A DNA stretch of 64,000 bases, taken from NCBI RefSeq assembly GCF_006345805.1, contig NC_043011.1, forward strand, positions 55,688,464 through 55,752,463, in the 5' to 3' direction. Made by a program: the position numbers and the translations under genes. Numbering within the stretch: the stretch's first letter is position 1; each line of letters begins with the position of its first letter. Shown one piece after another: positions 23,101-35,200 of the stretch. This DNA comes from Octopus sinensis (taxonomy: Eukaryota). Below the pieces are notes generated by a model that saw only the letters and a program-made list of their open reading frames with translations, was not told the origin of the DNA and did not search any database.

Positions 23101-24742
23101 GTCCCAGGTAGGGGCCACGGGTTATGGCCTGACTAGTCTTGCCGGGTCTTCTCACACACAGCATACTTAGTTTAAAAGGGGTTCACATTATACAAAGAAG
23201 CAATATTTTAGAGGGGAGGGGCAAAAAATATTATTCAAGGAAGATTTTCAAATGATCTATAAATTTAAACCTAATTTTCTTTTTTTCTGAAAATTTCAGT
23301 GGAATGTGGGTTTGTCAAATTCTGGTTTTCGAAAAGATGCCAATGTCAGTTCAGCATGGTCAGAGTTGATTCTGTTATTGAAATGCAAAGGAGATATTCA
23401 ACAAGGTCAGTATTAATCCTTCATTTTAATTACCTAGTAATGTAATTTAATTTCAGTTCTTATACAATTGTTCTTTCTTGATTAAACTTCTCTTAACATA
23501 TCAATAGAAATCAAGGGCATCCAGCTGTAGAAACACTGCCAGATCAGACTGGAGCCTGGTGCAGCCTCCTGGCTTCCCAGACCCCGGTCGAACCGTCCAA
23601 CCCATGCTAGCATGGAAAACAGATGTTAAACGATGATGATGATTCCCAGTCTCACAACGAGCAATTTGTGTTGAAATCAGCAGACATTTGGACCAGGTCT
23701 GTCTTTGGTTTGAAGTCATTAATTATTGCCAACATCTAATGTCCATTTTGCATGTTGGCTGGCATGGGTCGGATGAGTTAATTTGAAACTCACTCACTCT
23801 CCTGAAATACTGTTTCCGTCTGTTGTAACCCATAAGCTTTGGCTACTCCCCCCCCAGTCTTGAGATCCTGCAAAGAGATTGTGGTTAATACTCTTTTCTC
23901 TTTTGACATAGTGAGAAAATTTCTTGCTAGTTTCTTCATTTAATGTAGCTGTTAATTCTTATCACAAAATTCTCATTGATTTTAAAATGAAATCCAAAGT
24001 GTTAAGTTAAACTTAAAAACTACAGTCAGGATGGCCATATTTATGGTGTTAATGCACTCCCTGGCTTCTGTTACACAGCAAAGCTTCCTCGACTCAACAA
24101 AATGTCAACAATGAACTGTAATTAGCCTAAACTTGTGTTGATGATTACATGGTTTGTGGTACATCTACTGATGTTGAATAACTCTTTGCACTTTTCAAAC
24201 AGGACAATATCATAGTCTAAATTAATTGTTACAGGGACTTTTTTTTTACAGATTTCACATTATTCAGAATAATGTCACATAACACGAGAAATTTCAAATT
24301 TCCATAAATCCAGTCATTCTGACACAGGATCTCACATATATTGTCTACTTAATCTAAACGCCTCCAAAAAGGCATTAATACTCATTTAATCTAAACATCT
24401 GAAACTCTGAAGTAACAAATTTGAGAGAAGGGACATAACTCTGTCTTATTTTCCTTAACTGACAATCATCAGAAATATTTCAGTTTTGATTTCCATGTTT
24501 TTTTTTAAGGGAAAACAACTGTTTGTTGCAACAATATATTTTACTTGTTTCAGTCATTTGACTGCGGCCATGGTGGAGCACCGCCTTTAGTCGAGAAAAT
24601 CGACCCCAGGACTTATTTTTTGTAAGCCTAGTACTTATTCTATCGGTCTCTTTTGCCGAACCGCTAAGTTATGGGGACATAAACACCAGCATCGGTTGTC
24701 AAGTGATGTTGGGGAGACAAACACAGACACACAAACATATGT

Positions 24743-24787
<45 letters not shown>

Positions 24788-27700
24788 TACATACATACAT
24801 ACACACTCTCTTTCTTCTCACCCTCCTTAATTCCTCGTTCCTCTTTTTCTCTCTCTTCTCTCCCTCCTTAATTCCTTTGCTCCTCTTTTTCTCTCTCTCT
24901 TCTCTTCTCACGTGACCGCTGGCCGACTAGTAGCCCTTTTGCGTCGGATCACGGGCACGGTAACATCGTTGTTTTCGTCTGCTGTAAGGCTTAATTCTCA
25001 CTCAATACGCCAGCTGAATTCAGTTTATCCCCAGTCAAAAGACGCCTGTTGTTATGTCCTGTTATTATTATTATTATTGTTTTTTTGTATTTATATTCGT
25101 ATTAAAAAATTTTTTTTTTTGCATTATATTCGTGTAACATCGTCCTTTTTTCGTACACATTCGATTCTTTTTCCGAGGATTCTAATGCTCTTAGCTTAGT
25201 TTTTCCTTGGGGCTGGCCAGATTGGAGCAATTTCAAGATTAATCAGCTGAAATTGCGAGGATGATCTGGTTCTTGACTGAAGATTAAAAGCTTCGAATGA
25301 CCCGTCTGTGTTTTTCGTATCGTCTATTTGGATGTTTTGCGTTCTTGTCCCAATTGTATTTTTTATATACACACACACACATATATATACATATATACGA
25401 TGGGCTTCTTTCAATTTCCGTCTACCAAATCCACTCACAAGGCTTTGGTTGGCCTGAGGCTATAGTAGAAGACACTTGCCCAAGGAGCCACGCAGTGGGA
25501 CTGAACCCGGAACCATGTGGTTGTTAAGCAAGCTACTTACCACACAGCCACTCCTACTGCAACACATATTATACCCTCTTTCGGCAGCTTCTCCTGCCCA
25601 ATTTGTGGAAGATCCACATTTCAAAGACATCTGTTGTCTTTTCCACTCCTGTGTACATTGTCCAAGTTTCTGCCCCAAAGAGGACATTTGGCATAATATA
25701 ACAGTTTACAGGCCTCAGTTTTAGATGCACTTCAAACTGTCCTCTTTATCATTGTCAATATTCTGTTAATACCAAACTAATGTAATCATCCATTCTACTG
25801 ACTGAGCTGTCATCTCTCTAGACTTTTGCTTTGGCAGAATAAGCAGAACAATGAACCAAATATCTTGCAGTCTTTAGTAATATCTCTCTTTACATTCTGT
25901 GTTTGACTCCCCACCAAAGTCAACTTAGTTTTTTCATCCTTCCGAGGTCAGTAAAATGAAATTTTCCCTCAAGTTCTGGGATTCAAACTCTGTGCTGTTG
26001 TCTGTTGTCCAAGACTTGATTTTATTCAATTGCTGAAGCGTTTCTGGTTTTCAGAGTGTCTGGGTCTTCTGCTGATGTCACTGAAACTGGTTCCCGTTGA
26101 CTGCAACCTTGTACCATTGCTGCTGTTGCTGGCAGACACCCTGTTGTCCCTGTTGAGTGCACACTTCACCCAGCAGTCGTTCCTCAGAGAAACTCACATG
26201 AAACAACTGAAGGCAAGTACAGCATTGATTGTGATGGTGATGACTAACAATACTAACATTGATTGTTTCTAACAGAGGCACAGGGGCAGGGATTTTGGTG
26301 AAGGTAGGCTTCATTGATTAAACTGACCCTGCAAGGATGAAATGCAAAGTTGAAATTGGCATTGTCAACATCATTGCTCCTGTCAGCACCATCATCATCA
26401 GCATTATCACTGTCATCTTGCTATAATTTCTGAGACATGTTCTAATAAATAAGAATAAAGTGTCTTCTCCAAGGACACACTACTCTTAACCAGCCTTTAA
26501 TTGCACAACCAAACCACCTACCATTTAGCTAGTAAGGGAGCCTCTATGTGGTTGTTTAATTTGCTAGAAATAGTAGCCAAATCTCCAAACAGTGTTGCCT
26601 ATTAAGACTTCCACTTTCTTTCTTAGAAGGACTCCGTGTTCACCTCTGTTCTGACTGAATTTCTGAGATGTTGAAGTTTGTATTTTCTATCCATGTGAGG
26701 GGCCCAAGCAGTTACACATGTTATCTCGCTGTCTATCACTGTCTCTCCTCCTCCTCCTCTTTTGTCTCTCTGTCTCTTTCTCTAGAGTAGATGTCTCCTC
26801 TGTCAACACCTGTTGATCAAATTGTCATCATCATCATCAGGTAAGGGATTTGCAAATTCGGTTCAGTGTCGGCGAAAATACCTTGTGGTGTTTAAGTTCT
26901 GGCTCTTTATATTCTGTGTTCAAATCCTGCCAAGGTTAGCTTTGATCCTCATATCTCCCCAGGGTTCATAAAGTACTAGTCAAGAACTGGGGGTGATTTT
27001 ATGGCCATCTGCCTCTTGGATTTGCAGGCCTTGTGCCTTTTTAGAAATAATTGCCATCATCATTACCATCACCATTGTCATCATCGTTGTCATCACTGTC
27101 ATTGTTGTTCTCATATTAACTGAAATAAAATTGGTGAAATTAATTCTTTATTTTGTTAGAAACTCATTTGAAGGTTGAATCCCTGTTGAAATATGTTTTT
27201 TTTTCTTTCTAGGTTTGTCAACTTGTCTTCATGCGCTTGTATTATCACAAAATGGCCAACCACCTTGATGGATGGCAAGAAGTGAAGAAAAGATTACATT
27301 CTTACTTTGCCAGTGAGTATAGGTTTTAATTGTTTAATTGCTGAGACATCTGGACACATTGAAACTCCAACGTCTAGCAGCTGACTTGGCAGACACCCAT
27401 AAAATTATTAACCATCTTACAAACAATAACTCTGAGCACATTTTCAAACTCCACCTGTCTAACACCCGTGGACATGTTTACAAAGTCAGAAAACAGCACA
27501 GCTCCCATGACTTTCGGAAACATTTTTTCACACTAAGAGTTGCTGAAGCATGGAACAAACTGCCGGCATCAGTTGTTAGTTGTTGGAGCACTGCATCCTT
27601 CAAAACTTCCATGCTTCCTGAGATTCACGAACACTACACCTAATTTTCTCCACTCCATACACACACAAGCATGTATCTGACTCATACACTGTTCGCTTTC

Positions 27701-30700
27701 CAGACATTTGTACATTACTGCATATGCACTTTTTGACAAATTGTGGTGCACCTGAGCACTGTATACAATAATTTCATTATTATGTTACTGTATTGCTGAC
27801 AGTAAATCACAGAAATCATCATCATCATGATTGTTCTTATGTCTACTTTTCTATGCTTGCATCAGTCTGACAAGAGTAGATTAGAACAGAATTTGCCACA
27901 GCTGGATGCCTTTCCTGTTATCACCCCCACCCCCTCATTAGAAGAAGACAAGGCCAGAGTAAATCACTTGAATAAATTAAATTTGAGTTAATTAGTGTCG
28001 ATTAATGATGCTGATGTTGTTTGGCACATCTCAAAATATTGTGATTTAATCACTTTTGATTTGAATATTTTGAACTTCATCATCATCATTTAACGTCCGC
28101 TTTCCATGCTAGCATGGGTTGGACAATTTGACTGAGGTCTGGCGAACCAGACTCCAGTCTGATCTGGCAGAGTTTCTACAGCTGGATGCCCTTCCTAACA
28201 TCAACCACTCCGAGAGTGTAGTGAGTGCTTTTACACGCCACCGGCACGAGGTCCAGTTTGGTGGTACTGGCAACAGCCACGCCCAAATGGTGCTTTTTAC
28301 GTGCCACCTGCACAGGAGCCAGTCCAGCGGCACTGGCAATGACCTCGCTCGAATGTTTCACGTGCCACCAGCACAAGTGCTAGTAAGGCGACGCGGTAAC
28401 GATCACGCCCGAATGGTGTGCTTAAACGTGACACTGGCACGAAGGCCAGCTTGTTGCTCTGGCAACGATCTCACTCGTGTCCATGAATACAATTATCTTC
28501 ATGTCTATGTGTTTTGAACCAACCGAGATGAGACAACTTGTTTCCCTGGGGATAACTGAACAGACTGGATTGTTTTTACAGCCTTTCATTTGTTTAGATA
28601 TACTTTTTATATTATTTCTCATAGATAAACCTGGAGGGACGGGAGTTGCAGGGAACTGTACCAGGTAGCCAAAAAGGAGGCTGGGCGGCAGGTATACATA
28701 GTCAACATGCCAGCGCCGCCTTGACTGGCTTCCGTGCCGGTGGCATGTAAAAAGCACCAACTGATCATGGCCGTTGCCAGCCTACCCTGGCACCTGTGCT
28801 GGTGGCACGTAAAAAGCATCCACTACACTCATGGAGTGGTTGGCGTTAGGAAGGGCATCCAGCTGTAGAAACACTGCCAGATCAAGATTGGAGCCTGGTG
28901 CAGCCTCCTGGCTTCCCAGACCCCGGTTGAACCGTCCAACCCATGCTAGCATGGAAAACAGACGTTAAACGATGATGATGATGATGATGATATCTGTGAA
29001 TGGCAGTGCTTTCAAATAGCTACAACCCTCTGGTTGAAATTAGTAAAAATCTAGAAAAGTTTATTTTTGTTTCGTAAATAAACCTCTTTGACTACATATT
29101 TTTGTATGGCTTCCCCCCCACCTTTAAAAATTTAAAAAGTAATCATCTTTTATAGAACTGGTTAGTTTTAGAATTTTCCATGCTGGCATTGGTCATTTGA
29201 CCAGATCAAATAAGCTACAAAGTTGCATTGTGACTTGGTTGGATGCTGCCCTTCTTAACACCAACTTGTTTACAGTGTGAACTGAGTATTTTGTTTTCAT
29301 GTGACTGGTATATAAAATCCTAACCTTGCAGAATTCCATTTTCTTTCTGTCTTTCAAATTCCACTGCTTGGACCCATGCTCTATGACTGAGGCTCTCTCT
29401 CTCTCAAAAAAAAAGGATTCTTTTCATAAAATACGATTGAAAACAGTTTTACATCTAACTAGAATAAAAACCTCATATTTGTTAATGTGTGAATCATAGA
29501 GAAATGAGCCTCTGTCTGTTTGTTCCTTCTCAAGCTATGCCTGGCTCATAAGGGCCGGCTTCCCGGTTTCCTTGGCGTATAGGTTCCCCACCTGGACAGG
29601 ACGCCGGTCCGTCACAGGTGAGCTGCAAGATGCAGGAGGAAAGAGTGAGAGAAAGTTGTGGCGAAAGAATCAGCAGAAGTTTGCCATTACCTTCTGCCGG
29701 AGCTGCGTGAAGCTTAGGTGTTTCGCTCATAAACACACACATCGTCCGGTCTGAGATTCGAGCCCGTGATCCCACGACCACAAGTCTGCTGCTCTAACCA
29801 CTAGGCCATTTGCCTCCACGTCTGTCTGTGTCTCTGTCTGTCTGTCTCTCTCCCTCCCCTCTTTACTTTTGGAATTTTCCAAACAGATCTTTTCCTTTTC
29901 AGGCTTCTCTGATTTCGCCTCCTTCTACACCAAGCATCCAGATGCCCACTTGTTGTTCAGATTTATTATACAAGTTGCTGACATCATCTTGGTTGATGAT
30001 GATCTTGAAAATGACACAAATTATGAGTTCTTTTCTCATAATTTCAAAACAGATTTACTCCCACCAGCTCTGGTAAATATCTTCTTTTGTGCTTTTTATT
30101 TAGTAATTTGCTTTGATGAAGATATTGATTGCCCTTTCAATAAAATTAACAGGAATAATAACTTAATAATCTTGTTGCTTCGACACCTGTTTGTATACTA
30201 ATGTCTTTGTCTAATCACAACTGTAAATGTTACAGATCTATTCTCAGAAATAAATACCTATGGCAAGTCGTAAATTATTTTAGTTTTAGTTTAGCTGAAT
30301 TCCTTTCATTCCTGATGACGTATCAGGAAATGAGATCTCTTCATCCAACATAGTTGCCAGCCTTGTTACAAGCCTGATCCCCAGACACAATCCATATCGG
30401 TCAGTTCCTTCTCCACAATCCTCAACCAGCTCTTGAGCAATTTGCTTCACTTCCTTTGTGTCTTGCCCACCTCTTGCTTTCACTTGAAAGACTCTTTCTC
30501 CACTCATTTTGTAGACACGTGTAGAATGGGGCTGAGTAGCTTCTGTCGTTTGACACTGAGGATATTCTGTAGAATCCCCAGCCCAGCTGGAGCCATGACT
30601 TCTCCCGTCATGATGTGGTCATTTCAATACATATTTAGTATGTTTCTAAGGCAATGTCTGTGAAAGACATCTACATTTTTATAGACTCTGCTGGTCTTTT

Positions 30701-32181
30701 GCCGTGTCTTGCAGGCATAAGTTACCATTAATGTAATAATCATTGTTCAGGTGATGAGCATGCCAAGCAAAGTGCTTTACAACATTTTGTCTGTCTTTAT
30801 GTTCTGAGTTCAAATTCCGCCAAGGTCAACTTTGCCTTTCAGCCTTTTGGGGTTGACAAAATAAGTACCAGTCATGCACTGGGGTTGATGTAATTGACTT
30901 ATCCCCTCCCCTGAAATTGCTGGCCTTGTGCCAAAATTTGAAATCCATGTGACAATCAATGTATAGAGATGGGATTTTGTGTCTTGTTTGCTGAAGGAAT
31001 CAGACAATAGAGGCTTAATTAATTTGAATTTAGAATATGAATGCCATTTATGTGTTGCAGGCTTTGCTCTTGAAATAACTGTTAAATCTTCCTTAATTCA
31101 AACAGGAACTGCTAAATTAGACTGAATACCATCTCCCCCCCTCACTACCATTCTTTGTATTCTTGGCATAATCCATTTACAGTATTTCGTTTTTGGATTT
31201 GGTTTGCAAGATTCTTTATATGAGTTCCTGTGTTGAAGCATATTCTGTTGTGTCTGGGGAGAGTCATTTTCTTTTTGTGCCTTATTATTTAACACACTCA
31301 CTGGTAAAATTTCCACTTTTTTTTCTTTTTTTATTGTCCTAAAACTATTGAAGAGGTTGCAGTACATAACGAAATTTTAGGACAATAAAAATAAGAAAAA
31401 AGTGGAAAATTTACCGGTGAGTGTGTTACATAATAAGGCACAAAAAGAAAATGACTTCCCAGACACAACAAACCATTTACAGTAGTCAACCAGTTATGAA
31501 GCAGTGGTTATCTCCCTTGAATAACTGTCTGCTAGAAGTTGTCACATGTTAGAAACATGTTGCCCATGGAATCAGGTGGCTTCTTGAAGACAGTCTGATG
31601 ATGGTTGAAGAAATAACTGATTGAAATATTGTCATAATGCTTAAAAACCAACTTAGGAACATATGTCCAAATATGTTCCTTGAACATAAAAACCTATTTA
31701 AAGGATTTATTAGAATGGTTGGCTGCTGTTTTAGCAGGGAAAAGGGTGGGGAGTGGTTTGCTATTACTGTTGTTGTTGTTGGTGGTGGTGGTGGTGGTGA
31801 ACAGCGGTGGTAACAATTGTGCCTTGAATTTGTCTATTTCAGCTGAGTAAGGTCGAAAGCGATTCACCTCCCCCTGAAATCTCTTGTCCCTCCCGTCACA
31901 GTTCATGGGTGAGTAAGAGCATGCATGAACTTAGTGCTCCTTTATGGCATGCCTTAAATGTTTGGAAATACCAAACATTGTGTTCCGGGGATGGAATGAT
32001 CAGAGATACAATGAACAAGAAGGAACTGTATTTTGTTGACTCTCTTTCCTCGTTGATACAATGCACTTTTAATCTGGACACAGCTTCTTGGTAAGTCTGG
32101 CCTTAATCATTTCTATAAAGACGTCTGATCTGTTACATGCTGAACTTCAAGTAGATATAAGCCTTTACAACATGTATTTCA

Positions 32182-32215
<34 letters not shown>

Positions 32216-35200
32216 AACGACAAAATGTCTGTGTGTGTGTGTGTGTATCCTTTTATACAAATCCACAGTTTTTCAGTTAGAGGGCTCACACTTTCTATGG
32301 TCATTCAAAACCGTCCAAGGGTGGTCGTGCACATCTTTACATTTCCCCAGTCAACCCGCAAAGCCATTAAAAAGTCAATAAAAGTGACTTTTTTGTGAAT
32401 TTTCTATCCAAAACCCAATCAAAATGCCTGAAACTTGATACGCCAATTGAATGCCAGCTAGCTGTATGTGATTGGTCGGAGATTTGGACAGTACTCGTGT
32501 GTATGTGTGCACGCACGCAGCTGTATATGCATGCAGTAGCACTATGACCTGGCAACGCTGGGTCATAGTTCTAGTAGCCAGATATTTCTTGCCAAGAACA
32601 TTTGGCTATAAGGAGTATCTGATTAAATAAAGTACTGTGCTTTCAATTGATAAGTCTTCACTTCAGATTTACGACAGACATTTCATTGTGTGTTTTATTA
32701 ATGGACTTAATTCTGTTTGTTGACAATAAGTACCAGATCTTATTGGAATGCTACATCTGTTAGACTTCACATGAGCTTTATGAATTGAAATAAGTGTTAA
32801 GCAGCAGCCCTTGGAACCTCTTGGGACTATGGAGGCATTTACTGAAGTATTTTATAACCAAATGTAAGAACTTCAATACAAGAAGAGAGACTATAGATGT
32901 TAATGCTAGAGTCTGTTAGAGTTTTGATGGCTCTGAGGAAGCTATAAGATGTTGCATAGGCACTCAGCTGAAACAGCTGTGAGCCAATGAAGTTGATTAT
33001 GTAATTCGCGTTTCCTTCTCATTCAATAACACACACACACACATAATATGCTTCTCTACAGTTTCCACCAAATTCACTCCCAAAGTGTTGCTTGACCCAA
33101 CACTATAGAAGAAGATACTTGCCCTAGGTTTCATGCAGTGGAAACCATGTGGTTGCATATATCATCATTTGACAACCACTTTTCCATGCTTGAATAGGTT
33201 AGACAGCAGTTTACTTGAGGCAGATTTTTTATGACTGGATGCCCTACCTGTTGCCAACCATCACATTTTTATGACAGGCTTCTTTCAGTTTCCATCTATC
33301 AAATCCACTCACTATAACTCAGCATTGTCTGTATGGCAGACTTAAAATCCAACCAATTTCATTTCTCTTCAATAATAAAAAAAAAAAATTAATAATGAAA
33401 TTATTGTATATAGTGCTCAGGTGCACCACAACTTGTCAAGAGTGCATATAAAGCATATGCAGTAATGTACAAATGTCTGGAAAGCGAACAGTGTATGAGT
33501 CAGATACATGCTTGTGTGTGTATGGAGGGGAGAAAATCAGGTGTAGTGTTGGAGAATCTCAGGAAGCATGGAAGTTTTGAAGGATGCAGTGCTCCGACAA
33601 CTGACAACTGATGCTGGCAGTTTGTTCCATGCTTCAGCAACTCTCAGCGTGAAAAAATGTTTCTGAAAGTCATGGGAGCTGTGCTGTTTTCTGACTTGGT
33701 AAACATGTCCACGGGTGTTAGACGGGTGGAGTTTGAAAAGGTGCTCAGAGTTATTGTTTGTAAGATGGTTAATAATTTTATGGGTGTCTATTTGAAGTTT
33801 ATAAATATTCTTTTTTCTTTTTCTTCATTTCTACAGCTGGGTCGACTACGTTGTTGCCTTAAACGTGTTAGCTGAAGCAGCAAAGAGGAACTTCACAGTT
33901 CTAAGTATCCTTCAATATTTAGCATTTTGTAGCATATGTAAAAATGGTTGGCAAAATACGAGAGAAGATGGTTCCCAAAGACACTCAGCAGGTTGTTGCT
34001 TTGTTCTCTTCTCATTTTCTTCTAATTGTTTTTTTACCATTTACTTTTATTTATAGTTGAAACATAGAGAACTAATTCGTTATGCAACTGTTATTGTTTA
34101 TCACAAGGATTTGGTGCCAAACGAACAGTGATGAATGAATTATCTCTTTGTAAATGGAATGAATGATAGATTCAGTGACACTAAACTTGTGGCCCAGCAG
34201 CAGGAGGCGCAATGGCCCAGTGGTTAGGGCAGCGGACTCGCAGTCAGAGGATCGCGGTTTCGATTCCCAGACCGGGCGTTGTGTGTGTTGATTGAGCGAA
34301 AACACCTAAAGCTCCATGAGGCTCTGGCAGGGGGTGGTGGCGACCCCTGTTGAACACTTTCGTTCCAACTTTCTCTCACTCTTTCTTCCTGTTTTTTGTC
34401 CCCGACTTCCTATGCAACCGCTGAGCCTTGATGTGCATTCATCCCGCTGTCGATGCTCTCGGTGTCGGGGGTTGACCTGCTTTCTCTTCTGCGGGTCTTA
34501 CGAATAGCAAAGGACCACATTTCGGACTTCTCTCATTTTGTGAGCTCTGGGACGAAGACTGTTCGTGCAACAGCAACAGCAGCAAAGTTCCCATCTTCTC
34601 ATATCTTCTTGATCCTCTCCGTCTTTTTCTGTAGAGAATAAACTTGTCTGCATCATTTGTTTGGATGAGACGCTTTTGCGTTGTTTCACTTCACTGGTCC
34701 CATGTTGATGGGTTTCAGAACAAACCCATATAGAAAAAAAAAGAAAAATGCAGCCTCGCAGCACGGTGACGTAAGCACGTGATAACCGGTGCCTTCTGGG
34801 TAACTGGACATTGCGAGTGGTTGCTGGGGGTGATTGAACAACCCTTAGTTCTAAAGCTAAACCCTGAAATGGAATGCTAAACATCAACACTTCCTAAATC
34901 TCAGATCCAGAGTTAATCTGGTTTTTGTTGATTTCATTCTTAGGATTTGAAGACAGAAATCAAGTTAAAACCAAAGAACCGAAAGAAACGGAGAATGATT
35001 TTAAACGTATTTCACATGGAACATCACAGAGTTGGTAAGCTTATTTCTAATCCAGGGATCAAGTTTAGGATAATCGAGTATTAAATCTGATGGCTGTCAG
35101 TCCTGTAGGTCATGGATTAAACTTCATCATCATTGTTTAACGTCCGCTTTCCATGCTAGCATGGGTTGGACAACTGACTGTGGGCTGGTGAACCAGATGG

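Noticed and set aside
26217-26222. Canonical GT donor for TMEM232 exon 4
   Set aside because: Phase 1, incompatible with the phase-0 next exon.
34203-34280. tRNA gene
   Set aside because: The tRNA-like head has no proper acceptor stem and runs into a SINE body; the same applies to the other SINE heads.
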